Of a stretch of DNA of 64,000 nucleotides, positions 38,513 to 53,500 are shown piece by piece. Below the pieces are notes generated by a model that saw only the letters and a program-made list of their open reading frames with translations, was not told the DNA's origin and made no database searches. Position numbers and translations under genes: made by a program. The first letter of the stretch is position 1. Each line of letters begins with the position of its first letter. The stretch lies in NCBI GenBank assembly GCA_012295275.1, contig CM022670.1, forward strand, positions 22,010,001 to 22,074,000, given 5' to 3'. The stretch comes from Chrysomallon squamiferum (Eukaryota; Animalia; Mollusca).

Positions 38513-41489
38513 AAACAAACAGAATTGATGGTTTCTAGTTATATTATAAGCAAAGTCTAATATTTGAAATATTTTTTTTGATATTTATTTTTCTTTAAAT
38601 TAAAAACAAAGATTATTATAGTTTATTAATAATGTTAGACACTTACATTTTAATTACAATAAACTAAAGCAGAATATTCAAAATGACTAGCTCTGGCCAG
38701 ACATTTTTGATTATAAAATTCAGACAAAAATACTTCAGGACCTTTATTTGTTAATCATCTGATGAAGATTTTATGATCAAGAAGAAAAATCAATTGTCTA
38801 AGCTCAAGATTTTACAATATTTGTGGCCGTATTTTTTTTTTCTTTTTGCTAAACTAGAAAAACAACAAACAAAAAGCTGATTAGACATTCTGCTGAGACA
38901 AAGTGTAGAAAAAAAAAACATTTCATAGAAGGTCAGAAAACTTAATACTTTTTATGACATCTTAATGTAATAAAATTATTTTATCTATCAATCATATCGG
39001 ATGTTTTTGTCTGAGCTGACATGCCTTTTGTAAATCTTTGGTTGACAGACAAAAATAAGAAAAAAAACCTACAGAGACTGAACAAAGAAATTCCCCTGCT
39101 TTCCTTACCCCGATTGCTTTTTCTCAACTCATTTTGTCGAAAACAAAACGCGTACATTTGTTACGAGACATTAAACCTTCTAATGTAAACAATCGACATT
39201 TTGAATATTTTTGTATAATAAGGAATTTTACTGGAAGCATGACAAGTAAAAAAAAAAAAAAAAAAAATATATAAAGAACGTACTACAACAAAACATTCAG
39301 TGTGATATTGAATTACTAAAGTTTGTACTAGCCAACACTCATCTCCCTGTCTGATGTTCAGCCACCCTTCTCCCTGTCTTCATGCTTAATTACTTGCCAA
39401 TAAAGCTTATTGGTTATTTAATTAACATGGCATTATGTTCACACAGAAGAGAATAAAAATAAAAATTCGGGGCTGTGACTGTTTCATTGTTGTATTCGGC
39501 AGAACTGAGTGCCGCGGTGGTCCCCAAGCTAGACTCTGTTTAAAAAGAAGGTGCTGGAATAGTACAGCTTACCTTTGTTTAATATTTGTCTGTACCTTTT
39601 TACACCAGACAAAGAACCTGTTACAAAAGAAAAGAGGAGAAAAATAGTGCAAGAAATATATATATATAATATAGAAGTTTAAATGGGGTTTTATTTAATG
39701 TTTACAAATACAAATGATATTTTTGCTTATCTGAAATGTTTCTGATCTTCAAGAGGTGGTTCAGATTAATGACAGGGTGATATACAGAATGTGTGATAGC
39801 TCACACAGATCCAATTACACTGGAAGTTTTATAGAAAGTCATTAATGTCCAACCATGACATCTGTTTTATTTAATCACCATTTTGTTGTATTTACCTTTG
39901 ATTTGACATTTATGTTTATCATTAGTATTTGTAAAATGTAGTTATATTGGAAACTTTAGTGTCTATGTCTATCCACATACACGTATACACATGTACACAC
40001 ATACCTACACACATATAGACATATATCATTTCCGTTGAAACATTTGTTCATAGTTTATGGAATTTACAGATTTTCCAGTAGTTTGGGTTCAAACATACAA
40101 AGGAAATGTTTACAAATACAAATTATATTATTGCTTTTGCAAAATATTTCTGATCCATGAGAGTTAGTTCAGAATGTGTGACAGAAACACAGATACAATT
40201 ACTCTAGAGGTTTTATAGAAAATCGTTAGTGTCTACCCTGACGTCTGTTTTATATTTATCACCGGTTTTGTGAAATTGTAATTACTTTGGAAACTTTAGT
40301 ATCTTTATCTGTCCACACTTACACACACAAAAACATGTCGTACATACATATACACATATATTTACAGTTTTCCTGTCTTCAGGGTTTAAATGTATAAACC
40401 AAATGGAGTTAAAAAAAATATAAAAAAGGTTGACAGAATTTTGCAGTTTTTATTAAAGTTTTGATTTAGGCTGTTTCAACAGTATTGCTTTATAATAATT
40501 ATCTATTAAAGTTTGAATATTCTGTAGAACTGTCTTTATCTTGATTTTAAAATATATTTATTTTTAGATTTATAAATAATTCACTACTTTGCTATTTGTT
40601 TAAATTACAATATATAAAATGGAAATGTAACTAACATGTATGTGTGTGTATGTGTAGGTGTTTATATATATATATCTATTGTTTGTTTGCTTGTTTAAGT
40701 TCCACAAAGAATGGATACGTATAAACACTATATTTAACAGTGACTGTTGGCAAAGTGCATACCAAACAACATGCAACCACCCATCCATTTCTAAACAGCA
40801 CACCGTCTTCTTTATCTCCCTTGATTAAACTAATGCTATGTTAATATTTGTCTTCTTCTGCTGGTCAGTACGTTAACGTGGCAGTTAGAACAGTTCTGGT
40901 CAGCTCAAGGTCCAGTTCATTCAGTGTCCACTGTCCTAGTTACAAAACACCAATCTTCACATCACATGGGTGACTGGTGACACACCAAACTTTGTGTCTA
41001 AACTATTTGATTAGAAGTTTTTCATTATCCACCTCATGTCACTTGTCTGTTTCAGTGTGCCATAACAAATGATGGTGATATATTTAACAAGTGCTGATAC
41101 AACAGTTTACAACAGTTTAGACTGCTGCTTTTGAAAATGGTTTATTTGTTGTATTCCCGAATGTTTATTCCTTTACATACTGGTACGTATTTGTCTGTTT
41201 GACAGTGACAAGATTCATCCCCCCTCTCATTGCCCCTATAAGTCTATGATTTTAACCTTGGCCAGGGATGCTCAGTATGAATGTATGTGTGTGTGTGAGT
41301 ATTGTCTGTGTTTATGTATATTTGCTTTCCAAGGTACGGAAAGGTACATATGAAAGTTCCTTTGCTGCTGATCAAAAATAAATTGAATGAATTTTATCTC
41401 TTACAGTGTTCTTAAGCACATGTCTACTACTTCTGTTTCTTACAAAAATATACTTTTATTTATATATCCAATGTTTTTTTCTTTTCCTA

Positions 41490-41537
<48 letters not shown>

Positions 41538-44500
41538 TTTATTTTATTATTTTTTTTTTTTTTTTATATATATATATACTAGTAATGTATACAGACATTA
41601 TCTGAAAATTCTGATAATATAGAGACATAAAAATAATTTTTATTTTTTTAAAATGTTAAAGATAACGAAATATTTTTTATCTTATCACAAACAACTGTTT
41701 TGTGGATTGATGAAAAGTTTCCAATTTTTTTTCATTTCTGACAAAATGTTTACTTCTGATGCTAAACCACTAATGTATACAACAGGTTCAGAAAGAGTAA
41801 ATAACAAAATAACATTACTTAGCAGTTAATGAATGCTTCAAGTTTCATTTTATATTATTAACAGGAGATTTTAATTAACATTTTTTTTTATAAATAAGTA
41901 TTATTATTTGTATAACATGCTTGCCAAATATCTTAGAAAATAAAAAAGTATTTGGGAAAACATTTCTCTAATAATGAGGCTGCAAGGAAAATCAACATGA
42001 ACACACCTTTATTAAACTGTTTTATACATTAAAAAAATTAATTATATATATATATATAAACTAGTTTTTAAAATTTGTTTTATCAGGTTTCTGTAAACTC
42101 AATAATCATGTTAACATAAAAAAAAAAAAATGTACAAATAAATAAAAAATTACAGAGAACCACAACAAAAAGTTTATAATTATGACAGAAAATGGTTTAC
42201 AAAGTGATTATAAAATTAAATTTGACAATAAAAATGAAAATAGTAAAAATGAAACTGTACACATTTTATGTTATTTATTTATAATTTAACTCCACATCAT
42301 TTATTTCTGTTATTTTATAAATTTCTTATATTTATTTATTTATTGATACGCAGATTGTTATTGCTAAAAGGCTACTGTAGCAGTTTTAACTTTGAACAAA
42401 ACAGAATTTAACAGAGATTGTTTTTAAAATACCAAAGAAAATACCATCAGTATTTGGCCACCCTGCCTTACATTCATCCCCAGAGAGAAATAATGTCAGT
42501 TATGTAGGTAGACAGACAGTTTCTTTTCACCTCTGTAATTCAGGTGTATTGGTCAGGTATTTACTTCATCAGGTAAATTCTTGAACTGATGGGGAGGGGG
42601 TCATGTCTAATCAGCTGTGGGGTGACAGACAGTTGACAGTGGAACATTCAGTACACTTTATTTACAGAACATTTAACATGGAGTGAATGCAGTTATTGTT
42701 CTTTGATTCACTCTTTTAATTTTAAGGAATTTTAAACTTACTTCATTCGTGGGAGTTCCGCGATTGACCATCGTTGTTTTTGTACTTCATTCATCTATAC
42801 TTGAAAAGTATTTACATTTTTTATTAAAAAAGAAAAGAAAATATATTTAATTAACCAACTTTTGTCTTTTAAATAAAATATGCTTTGTTATCCTTTTACA
42901 GTTTTATTTTCAAAATTAAAATAATTAAACCTGAAATTATGCAACAAATATTCTTCATCATTTTGTTTAATTTTTTTTTTTTATTTTTTTTTTTTTTGAA
43001 TTGAATAATTTAATGTTGGGAACTATGTTAATTACAGTCACTTACAAGAAATATTTTATATCATAATTTGTTTTTCTTAGGTAACAAATACAGAATTTAG
43101 TTTATTTAATGCAGATGTTGTGCAAGAAATGCTCTGTATTTTTTTTTTGTTTCATCTATAACAGATACAAAGTTAAATTTATTTAATATAGATGTCAGAA
43201 TTTACAGAAACCATCTTTATTATTTTTTATTTTAGAGATAACTAAATTTAATTAAGTTAATAAACATTAGTAACTCTCATAACTTAATGAATTTAGGGCA
43301 TGTCTGAAAACAGAATTAATGGCAGTCAAAAAGTGCCTGTTTACACTGTTAGATAGATGTTAATTAAAAAAGCAAACATGGTGTGGTAGATTCTGGTCAC
43401 ACTTTCCATTCTGAAAGGTTTTCTTTCTCAGTGAGGCACAGAAAGTCTGTCAACTTATTCACCATCAGGTTAAAAAGAGGAAGTCAGAAAGCTAATTGTT
43501 CTTGTTCAAATTCTTTACAAGCAGCAAGCGGGTTTCAGACATTTAATAAAAGAAAATAAGTAATTTATGGGACATGATTGGTGAAGACTGTCAAGTATAT
43601 CTGACATGAAAGCTGGATTAATTGAAAATTGTTAGGTGTACAGTTTGACTGAGTGAAAACTGACATGATTTAGATCTTCGTGTCATTTTGATAAATTGAA
43701 ATCCACAGTAATTGAATGAAAAATGTGTGTTTTGATTTTGTTAATGTTTGAGAGTTTGTAGAGTTAAAATAATATGTTTAAAATATTTCCCAAACTAAAT
43801 ACCTATGCAATAAAAATGTTGAATACTTGTGTAATATTATTAAACTTATATCAATGAACTGTCAGGAGTGTTACTGGTTTATTTTTAAATATTTGTTACT
43901 TTTGGTTTTCATTGTCTTCAAAAGATGCTTCTGTGTCAGTTTTATAATTAATTAACTTATGTATTGAACTGTACCTTGATATTTTTATTATGACCATCTT
44001 CCTGTATAGTAAGTACTGAATTAAAACAAACTAAGAATTATTTATGTTTTTATTTTAAGACTTTAAAAAAAATTCATTATTAATGTTTTTTAAGATTTAA
44101 AAGAAAATTATTATTAATGATTTTATTTGAAGATTTAAAAAAGAATTTTGTTAATTATTTCATTTTAAGATATAAAAAGTGATTTATTGTTAATTTCTTC
44201 ATTTTAAGATTTGAAGAAAGAGTTTTATTTTTTTATTTTTTAAAGATTTTTAAAAAATCCATTCTTGTTTTCATTTTAAGATTTAAACAGAAAATTAATA
44301 ATAAATAAAGAAATGTTTTAAGATAATTACCAAAAAGTTTTTTTTTATATAAGTTTATATTTTTAGATTTTAATAATTGTTATTTTTTAATTATAAGATT
44401 TTTTTAAAAGTTTAATTTTTATTAACATTTTTATTTTAAAATTTAAAACAAAACATTAACTTTTTTATTTTAAGATATAAAAAAAAAAAAAAAAAATCTT

Positions 44501-47500
44501 TAAAAAAAAAAAAAAGTTTTATCTGTAAGGTAATGGAACACTTAGATGCTAGTATTGTCTTTCAGGTGGGAACGTTCTGGCGAACCAGCCATTCCACTTG
44601 AACTGGGCATGGATCTCACTGGAAAGTGATAAGATTTTCTGCAATGAAACAACAGAAAAACTCAAAGTTATTCTGAGAAGGCGAGGGTACCTAGGCGAAA
44701 CATCATTTGTCAGTAAGTTGATTTTGTCAGTTTTAAATTACACTTATCTACATCTGACAATGGCAGAGACAAATATAGAATTCTCAAATAGCATGAATGA
44801 ACGAGATTCACTGAAAATAAAGAAAATAAATTGTTTTAAAATCCTGTGCCATTGATATCCGTTCAGCATAATTATATTATTTTTATTATTAGTTGGGAAT
44901 ATATTATTACAAGATTAGTAATAAATGAAAGTAATTTGATATTTAAATAATATAAGATAATGAAAATAGTATTTTTCTTAAAATATATAAAGTTAGCACT
45001 AAATTAAAAACAGGATGAAAATTAAAATCAGAAATAATGAAATAATGAATTGAAAGAAATTGTTTGCTGAATTTTATCCCCAATTAGAAATTGTGATCCA
45101 CCTGTTCTTTATAACAGTTAAAAATAGTGATACATCTTTTTGCTTCTTTTTTTTTAACTGTTAAAAATGGTGATTAACCTGTTTATTTTAACAATTAAGA
45201 ATAGTGATCCATCTCTTTCTGTGTAACAGAAACTTACTGTTAGCTATGCCATAAAAATCTGTGATTCTGTGTACATTTTCACTGTAAGTTAATAATAAAT
45301 AAATAAATAAATAATTAAATAAATAAAATTAATTCAAAATTCAGTATGATTATTTTTTTTTATTATTATTTTTATTATTATTATTTTAAATTAAAATTAA
45401 TTCAAAATTCAATTATTATATTTTTTATTATTATTTTATTATCATTAATTTTTTATAATAAATAAATATATAAATAAACAAAATAAATTCAAACTACAGT
45501 TATGATTATTTTATTTTATTATTATTTTTTAATTATTATTCGTTATTATCATTTTTTTAATAACAACATCTTTGAAATATGATGTAAGAAAAACATTTTT
45601 AATATTTTGCTTTAACTCTTTATTGCTGTTGTTTCATTGTATATTCCATTGTTTCTTACTTAATAAATATTTTATTAAAAATTAGCATAGAGAGAGGTTT
45701 TTTCAACGCTGTGGGGTAAATCCAGTTTAAAGTAATAAAATTTGGAGTGGAAAAGGTTAATGTACCCAAAACTGACCATATGTTACAAAGTCAAATTTTC
45801 TTTTGATCTGAGTATGGGATTTCTCTCCCTTTTGTAAATCTTCAGTTATGTTCAGTGTCACTGTTGAATGCATGGATAACTGATAACTAAATTGTAGGAA
45901 GAAAAAAGAAGTTATAGAAATATTCTTGCTCATCCTTATTTTATAACACAGGTTTTTTTTGTTGTTTTTATCATCTTAGAGAAAAATAAAATTATCTTTG
46001 ATAAATGGAAATCCACTATAATGTAATGAAAAATGTAAATGTTTAATTTTGTTTTTACTGTTATTTGAGAGTTTACAGAGTAAAGACAATAGCTTTACAA
46101 TTCCCTGAACTGATATTTCTGCAATAAAACATAAAGTATCCATTGAATATTGTAAACTTATCTGAACTTTGGATCATTTATTACTTTCGGTTTTATGATT
46201 CACTTGAAACTTGTGATAGAAAACAAAGAATGTAAAAGCACTTGATGAAAGAAAATGAGATAGTGTTGAAGAGATTACTTGTGAGTTGAGATGTAAAACT
46301 TGTGTGTTTCAGCTATTACTGCAGTGAATGGAACAGCCAAGGTTGGAGAAGATGTTTCAAAGAGGTATGCCCACCAGGTTCAGTTCAATCCAGGTAAACA
46401 ATTTAGACATTTAAATAGTGCAGAAGTCATTGTTCCATCATTATTGTAGTATATTTAATACATTTCACAAGACAAGCTGAACATTATTTATTTATTTATT
46501 TGTTTGTTTGTTTGTTTGTTAGTTTAAATATTTATTTATTTGATATAATTTATATAATTATTATTATTATTATTTATTTGTTATTATTTTTATTTTATTA
46601 TTATTATTATTATTATTATTTTATTATTTTTTTTTTTATTATTAATTGATTATTTATTTTGTTTTTTTACTATTTTATTTATTTTTTTTTTTATTCTTCT
46701 TCTTATTCTTATGATTATGATTATGATTATTATTACCATTATTGCTGAGCCATCTGACAATACATTATTCCTGTTTCATTTTACAGTTTATTCCTATATT
46801 TTACATTCTATATAAAAAAAAAAATGTATGAAGGTTTTTGTAAACATTTATTTTAGATTTATTATATGATTCATTTGATCTTTTTAGGGTAGTTTTTATA
46901 CTTATATTGAGGCTTTGAATTTAAATTAAATTGTTAATCTTGAAGGTGAGACAGAGAAAACCTGGACAATTGGGATTTTGGACGATTCTAAATATGAGGA
47001 AAGTGAAACGTTTCAGTTGACGCTGACTGAACCAGTGAGGGGAGTGTTGGAGTACCCAGAAATCGCCTCAGTCATCATCACTGATGCTGAAGATGGTAAA
47101 ACTGATAATGTAGTCATGAATGTGAAATTACTACTGTTACTATATAAAAACTAAGTGTGGCAAGTGGTATTGATTAGAGATCTTGGGAAATTTATTCTTT
47201 TTTGTTGTTGTTGTTTACAGCTCCTTATAGTTACTGTAAAATATAATAAAGACATTTAATTTCATTAAACTGAGTTTAAATTCTCTTTACAATTTTATTT
47301 TATTTCTGCCAAAGCTGTTTAATCTTCTTTTTGTAATTTATTAATTTATTTCTTAATTTGCACTTAATATTTGTGTGACTTAGTTACTTTAGATAATTAA
47401 ATTTATAGAGAATCTAATTTAGTGATTTTGTAAAATCTGGATGATAGGGTACTCCTTGCTACACTGTAAGAAAACAGGGTAATGTTAATAGCTATATATT

Positions 47501-50500
47501 AAAAATATTCAAACACTTATTAATTAAACTGCATAATTCATCATACTTCTATTCAACTTAAAGTCCCAAACTTAAAAATTATCTGAAATGGGACACAGAA
47601 AAATAAAAGGTTAAGAACCAGTGACTTTATTTCTGTATATTTTTAAAACTGCATTTAGACTGTTTGCTATCTCTGTTACAGAATCCACAGTATTCATACC
47701 GGAAAAGGAGTACCGAGTGGGAGAAGATATCGGAGAAATCCTCATTCCTGTGAAGAGAACCGGAGACTTGTCTGATGAGTTCATGGTCATATGTTCCACC
47801 TTCCAGAGTATGTCACCCCTGTATTCACATAACACAGCACCTCTGTGTTAGAAACTAACACAGAACAAAGATATAATTAAATTTGATGTTGGTGGGAAGC
47901 ATAACATATTTTACAATCATAGACAGTATGTGATCTGGTAGTCATGTGATTCATTTAATATAATAATATTATTTATCTGCCGTTAATACTAACTTAAGAG
48001 AAAAATTAATTTCTTAAATCATTTTTGATATCTGAAAACACATGACAGTTCTTCACAAATGTTTTCAACAAGTAAATCTTAGTTAAATTTAAAGTTTATA
48101 TGGTCAGAAGTTTTTTCTCTATGTGTGTGTATGTGTGTGTTTGTGTTGTAATGTATGTATGTATGTATGTATGCTTGATAGTTGCATGATGGCAGTTTCA
48201 CAACAAATTTGTCATATAAATTTGTCTATGATCTCTGACACAGAGAGATATTTTTTTGATGAGTATATCACAATAATTATGAAGTAATGACTAAGTTAAT
48301 ATTTAATAATGATATTTGTATTTAATATTATATATAAATGACAATTTGCTGTTGATATATATCATTAAAGTTGGATATAAATAATAATTTTCAAATGAGA
48401 TATATTTAGTATTATATAAAAACAGTTCACTGATCACACACTGATTGTATTTGCTGTGTTTATCATTACAGACACAGCAACAGGGACTCATCCGTCAACA
48501 GTGACGTCATTCTCCGACTACATCACTCGATCGGAGGACCACCGCAGCGTCATCCGCTTTGACAAGGGAGAAGATGAGAAACACTGTCGCGTGATGATCA
48601 TTGATGATTCTCTGTACGAGGATGAGGAGATCTTCGGCGTGCAGCTCACCGAGCCAATGGGGGGACAGATTGGAAAGTTTAACATTTCCATGGTAGTCAT
48701 AGAGCCAGACAGCAATGATGGTAAAACCAAAAATAATTTAAAATAATAATAAAACTATAGAAATATCTGTTATTTTATTGTTTTTACTGTTCATATATTC
48801 TCTGTATTCATACACTTGTATTCATATATTTCTTTATTTATTAATTATTATTGTTATTGTTCTTTGTTTATTTATTAACTTGTTTATTCATTTATTTATT
48901 TATTTATTTGTTCGTTTCTTTGTTTCTTATTTCTTTATTTAATTATTTCTTTATTTCTTTATTATTTTTTTCCTTTTTCGGCTTTATTTTAAGATTTTCA
49001 GTAATTTAAAAAAGTGATGTGTGATTAATTTCAGAGCCTGCATTTTACTTTGGAGAGTCTGCGTACCATGTTGACGAAAGTGATGGTTTTGTCGAGGTGA
49101 AGGTGTGGAGGACTGGAACTGACCTCAGCAAGGCCTCCAGTGTCACTGTGCGGTCCAGAAGGACCAATCCTAAATCAGCAGACGGTAAACTCTCTATACT
49201 ACACAAATTAACTCTAACTGGCTTTGTTGTAGCAGAAATAAACATTCATCTGTTATTGTGTCGTTATTTAATTCTTTTATTGCTTATAAATTTAGTTTTT
49301 AATCTAATTAGGAAGCCAAATTTTTTTTTTTTTTTTTTTTAATAACTATATATACTTTTTTTGGATTGTTCAGCTCACTAAGATGACTCTAAATCATTAC
49401 ATAACCAAAAAGTGATGGATGGTGATTTCTTTGACTCTACAAATGATAAAATTTGCTTTTGAAGTTTGGTCTTGTAATGGTGGATTTTTTTAATTCTAAA
49501 AGCAAAAGTGAAAGAGAAAACAAAATCAAGATGACATTATATTTTGTGTGATTTATTTAAAATTACATTAAAGTTAAATAAAACAAATCATAAAAGTGTT
49601 TGTGTTAAATAATCCATCACCTGACTTGTGTGTGATTTTCATTTAACTTGGTATCTGAATACTATAGAAATGATTTCTGTTTTCACTGTTTTTGTCATTA
49701 GAGTTATCTTTCATTCTTAGATACACAGTAAAAGGGTATATATTGTTTAATTTTATATTTTAATAATAATTTTAAGAGATGGATATATAACACAGATAGA
49801 TAGATTTAGATTATGTAATTGTTTCATTGAAATACTGAAGGTATTTTTTTATAACGTATTTTTATTCTGACTTCAGCTGGACTTGACTACATTGCTGTGA
49901 ACAAGATTCTTGACTTTGCGCCTGGCGTCACCATGCAGACTGTGCGCATCACGATCCTGGATGACCTGGGACGGCCGAGGGTCGAAGGTTTAGAGACGTT
50001 TCAGGTTGTCTTACGAATGCCGATGTCTGCCGTGCTGGGTGAACCAAGCTCTGCCGTGATCACCATCAACGACACAGTGTCCGATGGTGTGTTATAATTA
50101 ACTTACCTTTCACTACACTCCTCTTATCTGTCTCTCTTACTGTTATCTCTACACTCTTATCTGTCTCTCTTACTCTTATCACTGTCACTCTTCTTATCTG
50201 TCTCTCTTACTCTTATCACTGTACTCCTCTTATCTGTCTCTTTTACTCTTGTCACTGTCACTCTTCTTATCTGTCTCTCTTACACTTATCACTGTCACTC
50301 TTCTTATCTGTCTCTCTTACTCTTACCTCTACCCTCTTCTTATCTGTCTCTCTTACTCTTATCACTGTCACTCTTCTTATCTGTCTCTCTTACACTTATC
50401 ACTGTCACTCTTCTTATCTGTCTCTCTTACTCTTACCTCTACCCTCATCTTATCTGTCTCTCTTACTCTTATCACTGTCACTCTTCTTATCTGTCTCTCT

Positions 50501-53500
50501 TACACTTACCTCTACACTCTTCTTATCTGTCTCTCTTACACATATCTCTACACTCTTCTTATCTGTCTCTTTTACACTTGTCTCTGCACTCTTCTTATCT
50601 GTCTCTTTTACTCTTGTCACTGTCACTCTTCTTATCTGTCTCTCTTACACTTATCACTGTCACTCTTCTTATCTGTCTCTCTTACTTTTATCACTATACT
50701 CCTCTTATCTGTCTCTCTTACACTTATCTCTACACTCTTGTCTGTCTCTCTTACACTTACCTCTACACTCTTCTTATCTGTCTCTCTTACACTTATCTCT
50801 ACACTCTTCTTATCTGTCTCTCTTATACTTATCTCTACACTCTTCTTATCTGTCTCTTACTCTTATCACTGTCTCTCTTCTTATCTGTCTCTCTTACTCT
50901 TATCACTGTCTCTCTTATCTGTCTCTCTTACACTTACCTCTACACTCTTCTTATCTGTCTCTCTTACACTTATCTCTACACTCTTCTTATCTGTCTCTCT
51001 TATACTTATCTCTACACTCTTCTTATCTGTCTCTTACTCTTATCACTGTCTCTCTTCTTATCTGTCTCTCTTACTCTTATCACTGTCTCTCTTCTTATCT
51101 GTCTCTCTTACACTTATCACTACACTCTTCTTATCTGTCTCTTACTCTTATCACTGTCACTCTTCTTATCTGTCTCTTACTCTTATCTCTGTCTCTTATC
51201 TGTCTCTTTATCTGTGTTATATTTATATGCTTATGTATTTATATGTATGTATATGTAGATGTATATAGATATATATCTGTATATATGTATGTATGTATGT
51301 GTGTGTTTACTTATATATATATATACATACAGATATATGTATATCTATGTTATGGTTATTTATGATTTGAATGTGTGTATGTGTGTTATTCTTTGTATTT
51401 CATTAACAATGATAGATAAACTACCATATACAAAATACTAACACCAAAATACTTGCAACCATTTTGTTTTCATACTAACAGAGAGAAAATGTTTCTTTGT
51501 AATTTGTTGAAAACTATTTATATATTTGAGTGTGCCCAAGTTATATTTGTAGAAAGTAATATTGTTTGCTGCATGATTTTTAATAATGTGATGCTTTTGA
51601 TGGCATCTTTTTCAACATGCTTAGACTTTTATACTAATGTTGGTTTTTGGGGATTTTTTGTAATCAACAAAGTGACAAGAAATGGATAGTCAAAATTCAG
51701 CTGATATGTAATGTTTGGAGGGAAAGTTAATTTAAACAGAGAGCTTCACTTTAAATAACAAGTATGGCAAAGTTTAGTTCTGCAGGGTGATTGTGCATAT
51801 ACAAAGAGCTAGAGAAGAAACCAGTGTATTTATACTTCTTTTGTTTTTTTTTTTTTGTTATAGGAAAATTAAATTCCTGTTATCTAGAGAATTCATGGTA
51901 ATTAAATATAGCAGTGTTTGTTATTTATTTTTTTTAATTTAATTTAATTTTTTTTTTTTTCATTATTGTTTGCTTATTTATTTATTTAATTTAATTTAAT
52001 TTATTTATTTTTAATTTTAATTTTAATTTTAATTTTTTTTTTTTTTTTTTTTTGTATTTTAATTTTAATTTTAATTTTAATTTTATTTAATTTTGTTTTT
52101 TATTATGTGTGTATTTTATTTTGTTATATTTTATTTTATTATAATGTTGTTGTTTTAATATTTAATAAAAAATTGTTAAAAAAATAAATAAACAAACAGA
52201 ATTTTTGTTTTAATTAAAATAAAAACAGAACTTTTTTTGTCAGTGGAAAATGAACTATAAAATAAAAAATAAACAACAGAACTGTTTTGTGTTTAATGTA
52301 AAATAAACAGCAGAACTGTTTAGTGTTTAATGTAAACTAAACAACAGAACTGTTTTTTTATTTAATATAAAATAAACAACAGAACTGTTTTGTGTTTAAT
52401 GTAAAATGAACAATAGAACTGTTTTGTGTTTAATGTAAAATAAACAACAGAACTGTTTTGTGTTTAATGTAAAATAAACAACAGAACTGTTTAGTGTTTA
52501 ATGTAAAATAAACAACAGAACTGTTTTGTGTTTAATGTAAAATAAACAACAGAACTGTTTTGTGTTTAATGTAAATGTTTTGGGCTGGTTTTTCCAGTTT
52601 ATCCTCAGCTTGCAGCAGATCCTTATGTTAACTCATCTAAATGTCTTCTTTATTCTAGTCAGTGTTTTCATGTATATTTTAATACAATACTTTTTTTTTT
52701 TGTAACCTTTTTTAAAAATTATTATTATATATCAAGCCCATCAGGAGGTAAATAAAATACTATTATGATATTTAATTTTCCCATTTATAAGATTTATAAT
52801 ATATATATAATCATTTTGCAAATTAGCTCTCATAGTCTCAACAACAGCAAGATTCCAGACTTGTATCATTACTATCTAAAACAACTGACTAAATTTTTTT
52901 TTAACAAATAATGTTTGATTTTTAGAAAATATTTTTTATTCAAAATCAAAATTCAGGTGGTGTAATTATACAGTTTAAAAGAATTTTGCATTACGTTGTT
53001 GTGCTAGACTTTTAGAAGATATTTAACTGATAACTGATTTTGTTATTTGTAATTTCCCACATTCTGGTGATGGTCCACCACAGAAGTTTACTGGTTGTGT
53101 TACTGGGCTAAGGTGCTAATCACAACCCCATTTTTTAAACTGATTTTATTTCATTACAATAATGTTTTATTCTGTTCTAGCCAGATAATGCTCTGATTGA
53201 GATTTTAATAATGAAAAATAATTGATAATCAAAGGTGTGGATTAATTCATATCTTTGAAATGTAGATCAGTTTAAAATATAAATGAGATGTTTGTTTCGT
53301 TTCAGAGTTTTAAATACAAAAATATCAAAATAATCTAGTTCTGTTTATCTGTTTTCTAGATGTTCAGTCACTGTCTAAGAAAAAGATATATTGTCAAATG
53401 TTGATAATATTATAGGAGAAAACAATTCAAACTATAATTTGTTGTCTCATCTTATTATTTTAATTTGTTGATTCATTTTTAATTGTTTCTTTTTAATATA

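Noticed and set aside
22930-44565. Nested gene or autonomous transposon in the two long FREM2 introns
   Set aside because: I found no long ORF, no RT/transposase motifs and no chain of in-phase exons by eye; small or decayed elements could have been missed
50249-51268. 339-aa and 226-aa Leu/Ser-rich 'membrane protein' ORFs
   Set aside because: They come from a stop-poor pyrimidine-rich repeat inside a FREM2 intron
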